A DNA stretch of 64,000 nucleotides from contig CP182352.1 of the NCBI GenBank assembly GCA_048571215.1, positions 1,728,001 to 1,792,000 of the forward strand. Direction: 5' to 3'. The notes under the pieces are model-generated. The model was not told where the DNA came from. It saw nothing but the letters and a program-made list of their open reading frames with translations, and did not search any database. Position numbers and translations under genes: made by a program. Source of the stretch: Halarcobacter sp. (lineage in GTDB: Bacteria; Campylobacterota; Campylobacteria; Campylobacterales; Arcobacteraceae). Positions 10,336-21,036 of the stretch are shown here, one piece after another (the stretch's first letter is position 1; each line of letters begins with the position of its first letter).

Positions 10336-10870
10336 CTTTTGAAACAATCACAGAAATAGGAACAACTGCCAATCCAACTAAAAAAGGGATTGGTAGAAAA
10401 AGCTTATTGTTATTTAAAGCAAAAAATCCAAGTATTAAAAAACCATATCCAAGTATTCTATAAATAGAAACAAAACCTGTAGCAGAAAAGATTGTATTTT
10501 TAAAAGAATCTTTTTTTACTTTTGATTTCTCTTCATTTATTATCTCTTTTATCTTTTCAGGAGTTAACTGCTCTTCGGGAATCTCTTCATATTCAGTATA
10601 TAAATCATATGGATCATCTATCTCATCAACTTTATCTCTATCTTCACTACTATTTACCTTAGAGCTGTCAAAATTAGAGAGTCTATTTTGAATATTTTTT
10701 CTATAAGATAAAAAAGAAGTAATAGTTACAAATAAAGAACCTAAAAATGCAATTTGTGTATTTAGAAGCCATAAAGAATCATAAACTATCAAAGCAAATA
10801 TAGCTAAAGCTATATCTACTATTAAAAATATTTTCCCGAAAGAAACAATTGTATTTTTAGTCCTCATCAT
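10307..10870 (-). CDS. Membrane protein, AtpI-like
   Basis: About 4 hydrophobic segments; overlaps the stop of the upstream AtpZ/AtpI gene; likely start ATG 10870 or 10867. Confidence 0.55.
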   Translation of the reverse strand: MMRTKNTIVSFGKIFLIVDIALAIFALIVYDSLWLLNTQIAFLGSLFVTITSFLSYRKNIQNRLSNFDSSKVNSSEDRDKVDEIDDPYDLYTEYEEIPEEQLTPEKIKEIINEEKSKVKKDSFKNTIFSATGFVSIYRILGYGFLILGFFALNNNKLFLPIPFLVGLAVVPISVIVSKAILKEEASQ

Positions 10871-11174
10871 CTTCTTTATCGTAAGAGTTATCTCCATATT
10901 TTGCTCTGTGAGAATATCTTGGGTCATTTTCCATCCCCTCAAACTCTTTTTGAGCTCTTTTGTAAGCCTTGTATATATTTAATCCAGCCGCAGCTATTCC
11001 CCAAAAGAGACCAAGCCAAAGTGTCCAGTTATATCCTGTTAAAACTTTTAATCCATAACCAATACCAAAACCTATTAAAACAGCAGCAACCATAGATATA
11101 CCTAATGACAGGTTATCTAATGCTACAAGTTTTGCTCTATGCTTTGGTTCAGTTATATTATTTTTATTTTCCAT
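10857..11174 (-). CDS. AtpZ/AtpI family (ATPase gene 1) membrane protein
   Basis: LSLGISMVAAVLIGFGIGYGL...WLGLFWGIAAAGLNIYK, two TM helices. Confidence 0.8.
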   Translation of the reverse strand: MENKNNITEPKHRAKLVALDNLSLGISMVAAVLIGFGIGYGLKVLTGYNWTLWLGLFWGIAAAGLNIYKAYKRAQKEFEGMENDPRYSHRAKYGDNSYDKEDDED

Positions 11175-11183
11175 AATAACCTA

Positions 11184-11504
11184 CTAATTTAAATAAGTAC
11201 AACAGTAATCTGTAATCTCATCAACTTTTATTTCAAAGCTAGAGTTTGCAGGTACATCAAAAGAATCTCCAGTTTTAAAAGTTTCCCAGTTACTTTCCAT
11301 TCCTGAAAATAAAACTTCAACTTTACCTGAAAGTATCTCCATATTTTCTGCTGCTTTTGTACCAAAAGTGTATTCTCCTGGCAACATTATTCCAAGTGAT
11401 CTAATAACACCCTCTTGGTCTGTATAATTTCTACTTGTAACTTTTCCATCAAAGTAGATATTTGCTTTTTTTAGTAAATCTACATTTTTCTCAATCAAAC
11501 TCAT
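11184..11504 (-). CDS. ppnP: Pyrimidine/purine nucleoside phosphorylase (DUF1255)
   Basis: ANIYFDGKVTSR, LGIMLPGEYTFGT, FDVPANSSF, YCCTY. Confidence 0.9.
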   Translation of the reverse strand: MSLIEKNVDLLKKANIYFDGKVTSRNYTDQEGVIRSLGIMLPGEYTFGTKAAENMEILSGKVEVLFSGMESNWETFKTGDSFDVPANSSFEIKVDEITDYCCTYLN

Positions 11505-11513
11505 AGTTATTCC

Positions 11514-12797
11514 TTATAAATTTTTCATAACTTCATTAGCTGCAGCAATACACTCATCAATCATCTCATCACTTATTACTGTTGACATAAATCCAAGTTC
11601 ATAAGCAGAACAAGCAAAATAAAAACCTTTTTTTATCATTTCGCTATGAAATTTAGTAAATCTATCAATATTAGAAAATTCTCCTACTTCTTTAAAATTT
11701 GTAGGCATTTTATTGGCAAAAAAGAATCCAAACATACTACCTCTAGTATCAACTTCTAATTCTATACCATTTTTATTTGCTACTTCTTTTAATCCATTAA
11801 CTAATTTTTTAGATTTTCTCTCTAACTCATCATAAATAGACGGATTTGCCTTTAATTTTTTTAAACTTGTAAGACCTGCTGCCATAGCAACAGGATTACC
11901 ACTTAAAGTACCTGCTTGATAAATAGCTCCATTTGGTGAAAGTTGTTCCATGATTTCACTACTTGATGCAAATGCACCAACTGGCATACCAGCTCCAATA
12001 ACTTTTCCAAAGGTGATAATATCACTTTTTGTTTTAACAACACCATGAGCTCCAGTTAAAGATGCTCTAAATCCAGACATAACTTCATCAAAAATCAATA
12101 AAGCACCATTTTCATCACAAAGTCTTCTACACTCTTTTAAAAACTCTTCTGTTGCTGGTACCAATCCCATATTTCCTGCTATTGGTTCAATTATAATACA
12201 AGATATATCATTTGAATCCTCAAAACACTTTTTTAAGTTTTCAATATTATTATACTCACAAACTAAAGTATGTTTTGTTAAATCAGAAGGAACTCCTGGA
12301 GAGCTTGGACTTCCAAATGTAGCCATACCAGAACCAGCTTGAACCAATAAAGAATCAGAATGTCCATGATAACACCCTTCAAACTTTACAATATCACTTT
12401 TACCTGTAACACCTCTTGCTAATCTAATAGCAGACATTGTTGCTTCTGTTCCAGAACTTACAAATCTTACTTTCTCAATATTATCATACATATCAACTAT
12501 TTCTTCAGCTAGCTGTGTTTCAAGAACTGTAGGTGCACCAAATGATAAACCTTTTTTACTAGTTTCAATAACTGCATCTTCAATATCTTTGTCACAATGA
12601 CCAAAAATAAGTGGTCCCCAACTTTGTACAAAATCTAAATATTTATTTCCATCAACATCAATTAAGTATGCACCCTCACCTTTTTCAATAAACGGAGGTG
12701 TTCCACCTACACTAGTAAAGGCTCTTACAGGAGAATCAACCCCTCCTGGAATAACTTTTTTTGCATCTTCATAAGCATCAATTGAGTTTTTAAACAT
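11514..12797 (-). CDS. hemL: Glutamate-1-semialdehyde 2,1-aminomutase
   Basis: [50 protein letters not shown]. Confidence 0.97.
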   Translation of the reverse strand: MFKNSIDAYEDAKKVIPGGVDSPVRAFTSVGGTPPFIEKGEGAYLIDVDGNKYLDFVQSWGPLIFGHCDKDIEDAVIETSKKGLSFGAPTVLETQLAEEIVDMYDNIEKVRFVSSGTEATMSAIRLARGVTGKSDIVKFEGCYHGHSDSLLVQAGSGMATFGSPSSPGVPSDLTKHTLVCEYNNIENLKKCFEDSNDISCIIIEPIAGNMGLVPATEEFLKECRRLCDENGALLIFDEVMSGFRASLTGAHGVVKTKSDIITFGKVIGAGMPVGAFASSSEIMEQLSPNGAIYQAGTLSGNPVAMAAGLTSLKKLKANPSIYDELERKSKKLVNGLKEVANKNGIELEVDTRGSMFGFFFANKMPTNFKEVGEFSNIDRFTKFHSEMIKKGFYFACSAYELGFMSTVISDEMIDECIAAANEVMKNL

Positions 12798-12926
12798 TAT
12801 CTATCCTAACATATCTTAAAATTAAAAGTGGCAATTATACTATAACTTTCTTGATATATAATTTTATTGGCATATTTTAATTTTTTTGCAACTTAAGCAA
12901 AGAAACTTTTTACTATAATTGCATCT

Positions 12927-13709
12927 ATGAGAATAATTATATTTGCTTTTTTAATTTCAATTATTATACATCTTTTACTATTTTCTCCCCTTATAAAAAT
13001 AAAAAAAGATATTAAACAGCCTATATCTACATCAAAGGTTATAGATAAATCAACAGTGCGTTATGTAAAGTTACAACCAAAGCCAAAACCAAAAAAAGTT
13101 GAACAAAAACCAAAAGTTAATACAAAAGTTCCAAAAAAATTTAAAAAAGTTGAACAAAAAAAAGTTGTGCCTCAAAAAAAAGCACCTAAACAAAAAAGTA
13201 AAAAAGTCATACCTAAACCTATAAAACTACCAAAAGAGAAAAAACAACTATTTAAAATAAACAAAGATATAAAACCTGTAGAGAAAAGAAAAACAATAAA
13301 GAAAAAATCTTTAGAAAATTTACTTCTAACAGAACCTATACCTTTAGATAAAAATTTATTAGATGATATTACTAAAAGTTATGTAAAACTTTATGGTCAA
13401 GAGTATAATTCTATGACCAAAATACAAAAGGTTTTTATACAAAGTAAAATAAAAGATATAGTTGAAATCACAAGACAATACTATAGATTTCCAAGAATTG
13501 CTATAAAATTAAGAAAAAATGATTTTAATATTGTAGAGTTTAAACTTCATCCAAATGGTGATATTAGTGATTTGAAAATAGTACAAAAAGGGGAATACTC
13601 TTTTTATGACAAATCTATTATTGAGGCGATTGAGATAGCTTATAAAGACTATCCAAGACCTAAGGAAACAACTAAAATAAAATTTTATTTAACCTATACT
13701 ATATATTAA
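12927..13709 (+). CDS. TonB/TolA-like energy transducer
   Basis: N-terminal TM with SIIIH, Lys/Pro-rich linker (KPKPKPKK), TonB_C-like C-terminus. Confidence 0.8.
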   Translation: MRIIIFAFLISIIIHLLLFSPLIKIKKDIKQPISTSKVIDKSTVRYVKLQPKPKPKKVEQKPKVNTKVPKKFKKVEQKKVVPQKKAPKQKSKKVIPKPIKLPKEKKQLFKINKDIKPVEKRKTIKKKSLENLLLTEPIPLDKNLLDDITKSYVKLYGQEYNSMTKIQKVFIQSKIKDIVEITRQYYRFPRIAIKLRKNDFNIVEFKLHPNGDISDLKIVQKGEYSFYDKSIIEAIEIAYKDYPRPKETTKIKFYLTYTIY

Positions 13710-13774
13710 ATTTACACTATTTTAACAATAAACTAAGTAGAATTACAAAATTTTATAATATTTCAGGAAATTTA

Positions 13775-14710
13775 ATGCTAACAGATAAAATAAGAAATAA
13801 ACAAAGTGGAATTATATTATATGGGATTACACCACCTAAAGTAAATCATAATGAAGAAGAGATAAAAGATATAGCTAAAAAACATATTGAGAGAATATCA
13901 AAGTTAAATGTGGATGGTTTAGTACTTTATGATATCCAAGATGAATCAGATAGGACAGATGAAAAAAGACCTTTCCCATTTATAAAAACTTTAGACCCTT
14001 GTGAATATTCTCATAACTATCTCCAAGAGTTAAAAACTCCAAGAATAGTATATAGAGCTGTAGGAAACTATACTACTCAAACCTTTACAAAATGGCTAGA
14101 ATTTACAAAAGAGGATGGACAACAAGTTCATTCAGTATTTGTAGGGGCTGCATCTCACGAACAAAAAAATCCATTAACTTTAAAAGAAGCCTATGTCCTA
14201 AAAAGAGAAGTAAATAACAATCTATGTTTAGGTGGTATTGCCATACCTGAAAGACATACAAAAAAACACGATGAACACCTAAGAGTATTTTCTAAAAAAA
14301 ACAACACGTGTGAATTTTTTATAACCCAATGTGTATATGACTTAGAAGCTGCCAAAGTGTTTTTAACAGATTATGCAAAATATGCAAAAGAAAACAACTA
14401 TGAAATGGTTCCAATCATTTTCACTCTAACCCCTTGTGGTAGTATAAAAACCTTAGATTTTATGAAATGGTTAGGAATAAGTATACCAAACTATTTAGAA
14501 GAGGATTTAAAAGAATCAGGTGATATTTTACATGAATCAGTGAAACTTTCAAGAGATATTTTTGAAGAGCTTTACACCTTTGGTTTAAAAAAAGGTATTC
14601 CAATTGGATGTAATGTTGAAAGTGTTGCCATACGAAAAACAGAAATTGAAGCTTCAGTTGAACTTTTAGGAGAAGTAAAAGAAATAATAAAAAATCATTC
14701 AGAGCATTAA
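13775..14710 (+). CDS. Methylenetetrahydrofolate reductase-like FAD protein
   Basis: YGITPPK, YDIQDESDR, GGIAIPERH, FFITQCVYD, FMKWLGI. Confidence 0.8.
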   Translation: MLTDKIRNKQSGIILYGITPPKVNHNEEEIKDIAKKHIERISKLNVDGLVLYDIQDESDRTDEKRPFPFIKTLDPCEYSHNYLQELKTPRIVYRAVGNYTTQTFTKWLEFTKEDGQQVHSVFVGAASHEQKNPLTLKEAYVLKREVNNNLCLGGIAIPERHTKKHDEHLRVFSKKNNTCEFFITQCVYDLEAAKVFLTDYAKYAKENNYEMVPIIFTLTPCGSIKTLDFMKWLGISIPNYLEEDLKESGDILHESVKLSRDIFEELYTFGLKKGIPIGCNVESVAIRKTEIEASVELLGEVKEIIKNHSEH

Positions 14711-14774
14711 ACTATTCCATTCTTTATTTTATTAAGATATACTAGTTTCTGTAAATAAAAATAAAGGAAACAAT

Positions 14775-14936
14775 ATCGCAAAAACAAACTATTCTTATGA
14801 AAAACGGGGTCGAGAGATAGAAAAGCAGAAGAAAAAAGAAGAAAAGCGTATGAAAAAGCTAGCACAAAAAGAGGATAAAAAACTTGATGAATCAGAAGAG
14901 AATCAAGAACTTAAAGATTCTGCAGTTGATAAATAA
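14775..14936 (+). CDS. Small 53-aa charged protein with non-canonical ATC start
   Basis: AAGGA SD at 14764-14768, ATC GCA AAA ACA AAC TAT..., (M)AKTNYSYEKRGREIEKQKKKEEKRMKK...DK*; TTAAG and TATACT promoter elements at 14732-14743. Confidence 0.7.
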   Translation: MAKTNYSYEKRGREIEKQKKKEEKRMKKLAQKEDKKLDESEENQELKDSAVDK

Positions 14937-14955
14937 AGTCTAGTAATACGCAAAA

Positions 14956-14989
14956 AGTGAGATAGAAAACACTTAACTATCTCAACTTA
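14956..14989. terminator. Hairpin between convergent small ORF and speB, probable terminator
   Basis: aagtgagatag / ctatctcaactt stem with a one-base bulge. Confidence 0.55.
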
Positions 14990-14994
14990 TAAAA

Positions 14995-15846
14995 CTACTT
15001 TACAGTAGCCAAAACTAACTCTCTAAGTGTTTTACAGGCAACTGCTGTAGAAACTCCACTTGCATCATATTTTGGACTAAGTTCCACCACATCCATTCCA
15101 ACTACATTTTCTAATTTACTTAAACTTTTAATTATATTCATCATATCATGAAAATCTATTCCACCTGGTTCTGGTGTCCCTGTACCAGGCATTACTGAAG
15201 GGTCTAATACATCTAAATCTATTGTAATATATACAGGTTTATCTTTTAATCTTCTAACACAAGATTCTAAGGTATTATATGTAAATTTTTCTAAGTGAGT
15301 ATGTTTTTTTGCCCAAATAAACTCCTCTTTTAGTCCACTTCTTATACAAAATTGATTTATTTTACCATCACCTACTTGGTCATATATTCTTCTTAAAACA
15401 GTAGCATGACTTAAGGCCTCACCTAAATAATCCTCTCTTAAGTCTGTATGGGCATCAAAATGAATAATGTTTAAATCATCATATTTTTTACTAAGTGCTT
15501 TTACAGGAGCTAAAGATACTAAATGCTCTCCCCCTATCATAATTGGAATTTTTCCAGCATCTATAATCTCTTGTACTTTTTCTTGAATCATTCTAAGTGC
15601 TGTTTTTTTATCCCCAAAAGGTAATTCTAAATTACCATAATCAAAAAGTTTTAAATCCTCTAAATCCCTATCTAGATATGGACTAAAACTCTCTATTGCC
15701 CATGAGTCTTCTCTCATTGCGCTTGGTGCAAATCTTGCTCCTGGTTTAAAAGATGTTGTCCCATCAAAAGGTGCTCCAAATAGTACAGCTTGTGATTCTT
15801 TAAAATCATCTTCAAAACCTATAAAACAACTACTTTGTGCTTCCAC
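14995..15846 (-). CDS. speB: Agmatinase
   Basis: GGEHL, HFDAHTDLR, DLDVLDP, PGTGTPEPGG; GTG start directly behind rodA. Confidence 0.93.
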   Translation of the reverse strand: MEAQSSCFIGFEDDFKESQAVLFGAPFDGTTSFKPGARFAPSAMREDSWAIESFSPYLDRDLEDLKLFDYGNLELPFGDKKTALRMIQEKVQEIIDAGKIPIMIGGEHLVSLAPVKALSKKYDDLNIIHFDAHTDLREDYLGEALSHATVLRRIYDQVGDGKINQFCIRSGLKEEFIWAKKHTHLEKFTYNTLESCVRRLKDKPVYITIDLDVLDPSVMPGTGTPEPGGIDFHDMMNIIKSLSKLENVVGMDVVELSPKYDASGVSTAVACKTLRELVLATVK

Positions 15847-15848
15847 TT

Positions 15849-16955
15849 CTATAATCTCCTTTCGAAACTATACATATGCATATATCTAAATGCCACAAGA
15901 TTTTCTAAAATAGCAAATAGAACTATAAAATTTATAAACGAACTTCCCCCATATGAAAACATGGGTAATGGAAGTCCAACAACAGGAGCATAACCTATAA
16001 CCATCAAGATATTTACACTCATATTAAAAAATATCAATAGTCCCAATCCGGAGGCAAAGGTACGAATAACATAATCATCATGAAAAAAATAATTCATGGA
16101 TAGAAGATGAAATATTATCAAACCATAAATAAAAATCAAGCCTAAGGCACCTAAAAAACCATGTCTTTCTACAAAATATGCAAAAATAAAATCACTTGTT
16201 GCTATTGGTAAAAACTTTAATTGAGTTTGGGTAGCATCCTCTACATCTTTTCCTGTAACTCCACCATTACCAATGGCAATAATTGATTGTTGAACTTGAT
16301 AACTAGGCTTTTCTGATAAAAAATCTGATATTCTTTTCTTTTGATAATCTTTAATTAAATTAGTATATATCAAAGGGGATGCAAATAGTATAATAATTAA
16401 AATAGTTGTCCAAATTCGCCAATTTACCCCAATTATAAATAAAATACCATATCCCACTAACAATAACACCAAAGCAGTACCTAAATCTGGCTCTTTTGCT
16501 ATTAGAATAAAGGGTAAAACTATATAAAAAGAGTAAAAAAGAAAATCTTTTAACTCATAACCGGTTTTTTCAGGAGGATTATTTTGTATCAAATACCCTA
16601 ACATCAATATAAATACTGGTTTAAAAAGTTCACTTGGTTGTATAGTTAAACCCACATAAGGAATGCTTAACCATCTCTTAGCCCCAAGTTTTGTTACTCC
16701 CCAAAACTCTACTGCTATAAGCAAAAACACCCCAATCCAATAAAGTATTGGTATTATCCTTATATTCCTTCTAAGGGGAAAAAGAAAAACTATAACAAAG
16801 GCAATTGCCGAAATTGTAAAATATAATAATTGTTTATTAGCTAAATTATCACTTGTTTCACCAATTAAATTATGTGATAATAAAATTAATGGTAAAATAA
16901 ATATAATAATCAAATAATCAAAATGAGATATAATTCTTTTGTCAAATAAATACAT
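15849..16955 (-). CDS. rodA: Rod shape-determining SEDS protein RodA
   Basis: GAKRWL, IQPSELFK, EPDLGT, TSDFIF, GLPLPMFSYGGSS. Confidence 0.92.
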   Translation of the reverse strand: MYLFDKRIISHFDYLIIIFILPLILLSHNLIGETSDNLANKQLLYFTISAIAFVIVFLFPLRRNIRIIPILYWIGVFLLIAVEFWGVTKLGAKRWLSIPYVGLTIQPSELFKPVFILMLGYLIQNNPPEKTGYELKDFLFYSFYIVLPFILIAKEPDLGTALVLLLVGYGILFIIGVNWRIWTTILIIILFASPLIYTNLIKDYQKKRISDFLSEKPSYQVQQSIIAIGNGGVTGKDVEDATQTQLKFLPIATSDFIFAYFVERHGFLGALGLIFIYGLIIFHLLSMNYFFHDDYVIRTFASGLGLLIFFNMSVNILMVIGYAPVVGLPLPMFSYGGSSFINFIVLFAILENLVAFRYMHMYSFERRL

Positions 16956-16974
16956 AGTGAAAGAGTACCAAAAT

Positions 16975-17949
16975 ATGTATAAAAATTTTATTGTTTTTAC
17001 CCCAAATAGATTAGATAAATTTTTAGCCGAAAATTTAAGTGAGTCAAGGAACCAAATAGAGCAACTTATAAAAAAAGGTTTTGTAAAAGTTGATGGAAAG
17101 GTTTCTTCAAAAACTGGCTTAAAATTAAAAGAAGATCAAGAGATTTTAGTTGAATTTCCCCAAGTTATTCCAAAAGAAGTAAAAGTTAAGGAAGATTTAA
17201 AAGATATAGATGTTGAAATAATATACGAAGATGATGAAATATTAGTTATCAATAAGCCTTATAATCTTACAGTTCATGATGCACCAAGCGTAAAAGATGC
17301 CACTTTAGTGGATTGGCTAAAACAAAAAAACATCTCCTTGTCAACTATAAGTGGAGATGAAAGACATGGTATAGTTCATAGACTAGATAAAGGAACTAGT
17401 GGGGTCATGGTTGTAGCTAAAACCAATGAAGCCCATGTTCACTTAGCAAAACAACTTGAAGTAAAAAGTATGGGAAGATATTATTTAGCTATAATTGATA
17501 TGCCCTTAAAAGATAACCTGATTGTAGAAAAACCAATTGGTAGAAATCCAAACAATAGATTAAAAATGGCAATTGTACAAAATGCAAGATATGCAAAATC
17601 TGCATTTTCTAAATTGATATTTTCTAAAGATGAAAAATATGAGCTAATTTCTTGTAAACTCTTTACAGGAAGAACTCATCAGATAAGAGTTCATCTAAGT
17701 TCGATAAATAGGCATATTTTAGGGGATAATTTATATGGTTTTAAGGGCGAATTAAATAAAATAAACAGATTTTATTTACATGCATATATACTTTATTTAA
17801 CCCATCCGAAAACAAAGAAACAAATGAGTTTTCGTGCAAACCTTGCACCAGATATGCATGAGTTTTTATGTAAAAATTTTAATATGGAGATTGTAAATGA
17901 CAAAATTGATAAAACTAATATCTTTGATAGCTTTAATTTTACTAGTTAG
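16975..17949 (+). CDS. rluD: RluA/RluD-family 23S rRNA pseudouridine synthase
   Basis: S4 domain RLDKFLA, VHRLDKGTSG, TGRTHQIRVH. Confidence 0.88.
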   Translation: MYKNFIVFTPNRLDKFLAENLSESRNQIEQLIKKGFVKVDGKVSSKTGLKLKEDQEILVEFPQVIPKEVKVKEDLKDIDVEIIYEDDEILVINKPYNLTVHDAPSVKDATLVDWLKQKNISLSTISGDERHGIVHRLDKGTSGVMVVAKTNEAHVHLAKQLEVKSMGRYYLAIIDMPLKDNLIVEKPIGRNPNNRLKMAIVQNARYAKSAFSKLIFSKDEKYELISCKLFTGRTHQIRVHLSSINRHILGDNLYGFKGELNKINRFYLHAYILYLTHPKTKKQMSFRANLAPDMHEFLCKNFNMEIVNDKIDKTNIFDSFNFTS

Positions 17950-19177
17950 TGGTTGTGCCTATAAAGATGGTTTAATAAAAGTAGAAAAACCAAAAATTGA
18001 TGAGACTCTTGAAGTTGTTGATTCTAGCTCGATTAGGTCTATTTCAGATGTAAATGCAATCGCTTTTGAGTGGAGAAAAGTTGATGATCCAAGGGTTGTT
18101 GGATATAATTTTTACAGAGCAAACCTTCAAAAAGATGGTTCAAAACTTATACTAATTGATACCATAAAAAATAGATATACAACCCACTATGTTGATAATG
18201 ATTTAGAAGCAAACACAAAATACGTTTACAAAATTTCATCAGCTACAAAAGGTGAATATGAATCAAGAACAACAAATGATTATGTGACATCTACTCTTCC
18301 AAAAATAGAAGGGGTTAGTTTTATCCAAGCTATTTCAAACCTTCCAAGACAAATTAAAATTATTTGGAGACCACATACAAATGAAAGAATAGAATATTAC
18401 AAAATAGAAAGAAGTTCTCCTGCAACTTCAAAATGGAAAGAGTTAGATACGATAAAAGGTAGATTGCAAGCTGAATATATTGATATGGATTTAGATGATA
18501 ATGTGATTTATAACTACAGAGTTACAGCTATTACTTTTGATGATTTAGAAACACTTCCAAGTGAAATTGTAAAAGCACAAACAAAACCACTTCCAGAAGG
18601 AATTTTAAACCTAAAAGCAACAAATAATTTACCTAGAAAAATAGCACTTCATTGGCAAGCATCACAATCAAGTGATGTTATCAAATATAATATATATAGA
18701 TCAACTTCAATAAATGGTTCTTTTGATAAAATCAAAAGTGTAAGTGCAAATACTTTAGAGTATACGGACTTTATTAATGAAGATGGAAAAAGTTATTTTT
18801 ACAAGGTAAGCTCTCTTGATAAAGATGGTTTGGAAAGTGATTTAAATATTAATGCGACTTTAGGAACAACTTTAGGAAAACTAAATAAACCTATTATCAC
18901 TTTAGCTCAGATTCAAGGGGAAAAAGCAATACTAAATTGGCAACCAGGTGATAGAAGAGCTGTTTCATATATTGTACATAAAACTATAAAAGAGAATTTT
19001 CTAAGCTCAAAAACAATTAAGTTTGAAGGGATTAATGCTCTTAGATTTGAGGATAAAGATATAGTTAGAGGTGTATCATATAGTTATGCAATACAAGCAG
19101 TTGATAAAAATGGTATCCTATCAGAGATAACAAATAAAACTGAACTAATTTTACCAAAACTGAAAGAACAAAATTAA
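17897..19177 (+). CDS. Fibronectin type III repeat lipoprotein (FlpA-like)
   Basis: Lipobox LVSGC; four FnIII repeats (W...Y.IYR...Y.D...Y.Y.V). Confidence 0.85.
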   Translation: MTKLIKLISLIALILLVSGCAYKDGLIKVEKPKIDETLEVVDSSSIRSISDVNAIAFEWRKVDDPRVVGYNFYRANLQKDGSKLILIDTIKNRYTTHYVDNDLEANTKYVYKISSATKGEYESRTTNDYVTSTLPKIEGVSFIQAISNLPRQIKIIWRPHTNERIEYYKIERSSPATSKWKELDTIKGRLQAEYIDMDLDDNVIYNYRVTAITFDDLETLPSEIVKAQTKPLPEGILNLKATNNLPRKIALHWQASQSSDVIKYNIYRSTSINGSFDKIKSVSANTLEYTDFINEDGKSYFYKVSSLDKDGLESDLNINATLGTTLGKLNKPIITLAQIQGEKAILNWQPGDRRAVSYIVHKTIKENFLSSKTIKFEGINALRFEDKDIVRGVSYSYAIQAVDKNGILSEITNKTELILPKLKEQN

Positions 19178-19180
19178 TAG

Positions 19181-20377
19181 ATGCCGCATATAACTTTCAA
19201 AAAATCAAAAAAAGATTTAATTGTACCATCAGAGTTTGATGGTACAAAATTTAATTTTATGGCAAAATCATATAACTTTACACAAAAAACAAGAATACCT
19301 GAATATAAGATTTGTGTACAAAGGGAAGATAAAACTTTTTTACTAAGCTTAAGAGAAAAAGAGAATAATCTTTTGCTAAAAGCAGACAAAATAACAAGAG
19401 TCACCCCAGTTCAACTTGTAAAAGAAGCAATAAACTCATATATCCAAAGTGTAGATGGTGAAATATTATTTTCAAATACTCAAAACTTTTCTCAAAAAAT
19501 AAAACCAAACAAAAGTTATTTAAAGGATATAGATTATTTTGTCAATGATTTCAAAACAGATAAAGAGATACAAATTGAGATAGGTTTTGGAAGTGGTAGA
19601 CACCTTTTATATCAGGCAAAAAACAATCCCGATATCCAATTTATAGGTTTAGAGATACATACCCCTTCAATAGAACAACTTTTAAAACAACTAGAGATAC
19701 AAAAACTAGATAATATTTTAGTAGTAAATTATGATGCAAGATTATTTATGGAGTTTATTAACTCAAATAAAGTGGGAAGAGTTTTTGTGCATTTCCCAGT
19801 ACCTTGGGATAAAAAACCCCACAGAAGAATCTACTCAAATGGTTTTATAAATGAAGCCTTAAGGGTTTTGAAAATAAATGGTAGTTTAGAACTTAGAACA
19901 GATAGTAGAAAATATTTTGATTATTGTCTTGATTTGTTAACAAATTTAAATAGTGGAAAAATTGAAATAGAGATAAATAAAGATTTGGAAATCTCAAGTA
20001 AATACGAAGATAGATGGAAAAGACAAGGTAAAAATATCTATGATGTTACTCTATTTTGTAACCAAGAGGATGAAGATATAAATTTAGATTATGATTTTAG
20101 TTTTGAAAATATAGTTAACTATACAGAACTAATCAAAACCCTAAGTACAAAAGCTGTTGTAAAAGATGACTATTTTATCCATGTGGAAGACTTATTTATC
20201 ATTGAAGAGAAAGAAAACTCTGGTCTAATTCAAGTCACCTTTGGAAGTTTTGATAGACCCCTTAGCAAATATATTTTAATCCTTGAAGGTAAAGCTTCAT
20301 ATTTCCAAGACCACCCACTACCAACAAGTGCAAATATAAAAGCACATAATCAATTAAAAGAGATGCTAAAAGTATGA
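19181..20377 (+). CDS. trmB: tRNA (guanine-N7)-methyltransferase
   Basis: EIGFGSG, HFPVPWDKKPHRR, LRTD, SKYEDRW. Confidence 0.93.
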   Translation: MPHITFKKSKKDLIVPSEFDGTKFNFMAKSYNFTQKTRIPEYKICVQREDKTFLLSLREKENNLLLKADKITRVTPVQLVKEAINSYIQSVDGEILFSNTQNFSQKIKPNKSYLKDIDYFVNDFKTDKEIQIEIGFGSGRHLLYQAKNNPDIQFIGLEIHTPSIEQLLKQLEIQKLDNILVVNYDARLFMEFINSNKVGRVFVHFPVPWDKKPHRRIYSNGFINEALRVLKINGSLELRTDSRKYFDYCLDLLTNLNSGKIEIEINKDLEISSKYEDRWKRQGKNIYDVTLFCNQEDEDINLDYDFSFENIVNYTELIKTLSTKAVVKDDYFIHVEDLFIIEEKENSGLIQVTFGSFDRPLSKYILILEGKASYFQDHPLPTSANIKAHNQLKEMLKV

Positions 20378-21036
20378 TATTTGCCAAAAATATATATCTT
20401 TCATATGATGAAAATAAATATATTATTAAAAAAGGCAATTTCAATATAAAAGAAAAAGAGTTTGTTTTTATAGGTGGAACAAGTGGTAGTGGTAAATCTA
20501 CCCTACTAAAATCTTTTTATGGTGAAATACCTCTAAAACATGGTGATTTAGTAATTGCTGGACAAAATGTTATGGGGATAAGAGGAAAAGCACTTAGAGT
20601 ACTTAGAAAAGATATAGGTATTATTTTCCAAGATTACAAGCTAATAAAAGAGTGGACTATTGAAGAGAATATTATGATTCCACTTAAAATAAATGGTTAT
20701 TCTAATGATATTTCAAGAGAACAGGCAAATAAATTACTAGCCCATGTGAAACTTGCCCATAGAGCTGGGTACTATCCAAATGAGTTAAGTGGTGGGGAGC
20801 AACAAAGAGTTGCAGTTGCACGTGCCCTTGCACACAATCCAAAGATAATTATTGCTGATGAACCTACAGGAAACCTAGATGATTATTCAGCAGAGGTTGT
20901 TTGGAACTTACTTAAAGGTGCAAATGAACAATTAGGTATTACAGTTGTAGTTGTAACCCATAGGGTTCCTAAAAACTTTGGAATTAGATTTAGACAATTA
21001 TCAATTGAAGATGGAATAATATATGAAGTTTCTTAA
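20374..21036 (+). CDS. ftsE: Cell division ATP-binding protein
   Basis: [33 protein letters not shown]; upstream of ftsX. Confidence 0.92.
   Translation: MIFAKNIYLSYDENKYIIKKGNFNIKEKEFVFIGGTSGSGKSTLLKSFYGEIPLKHGDLVIAGQNVMGIRGKALRVLRKDIGIIFQDYKLIKEWTIEENIMIPLKINGYSNDISREQANKLLAHVKLAHRAGYYPNELSGGEQQRVAVARALAHNPKIIIADEPTGNLDDYSAEVVWNLLKGANEQLGITVVVVTHRVPKNFGIRFRQLSIEDGIIYEVS

Noticed and set aside
10307..11174. atpZ/atpI-like genes detached from the atp operon
   Set aside because: Location behind hemL is, to my knowledge, the usual arrangement in Campylobacterota
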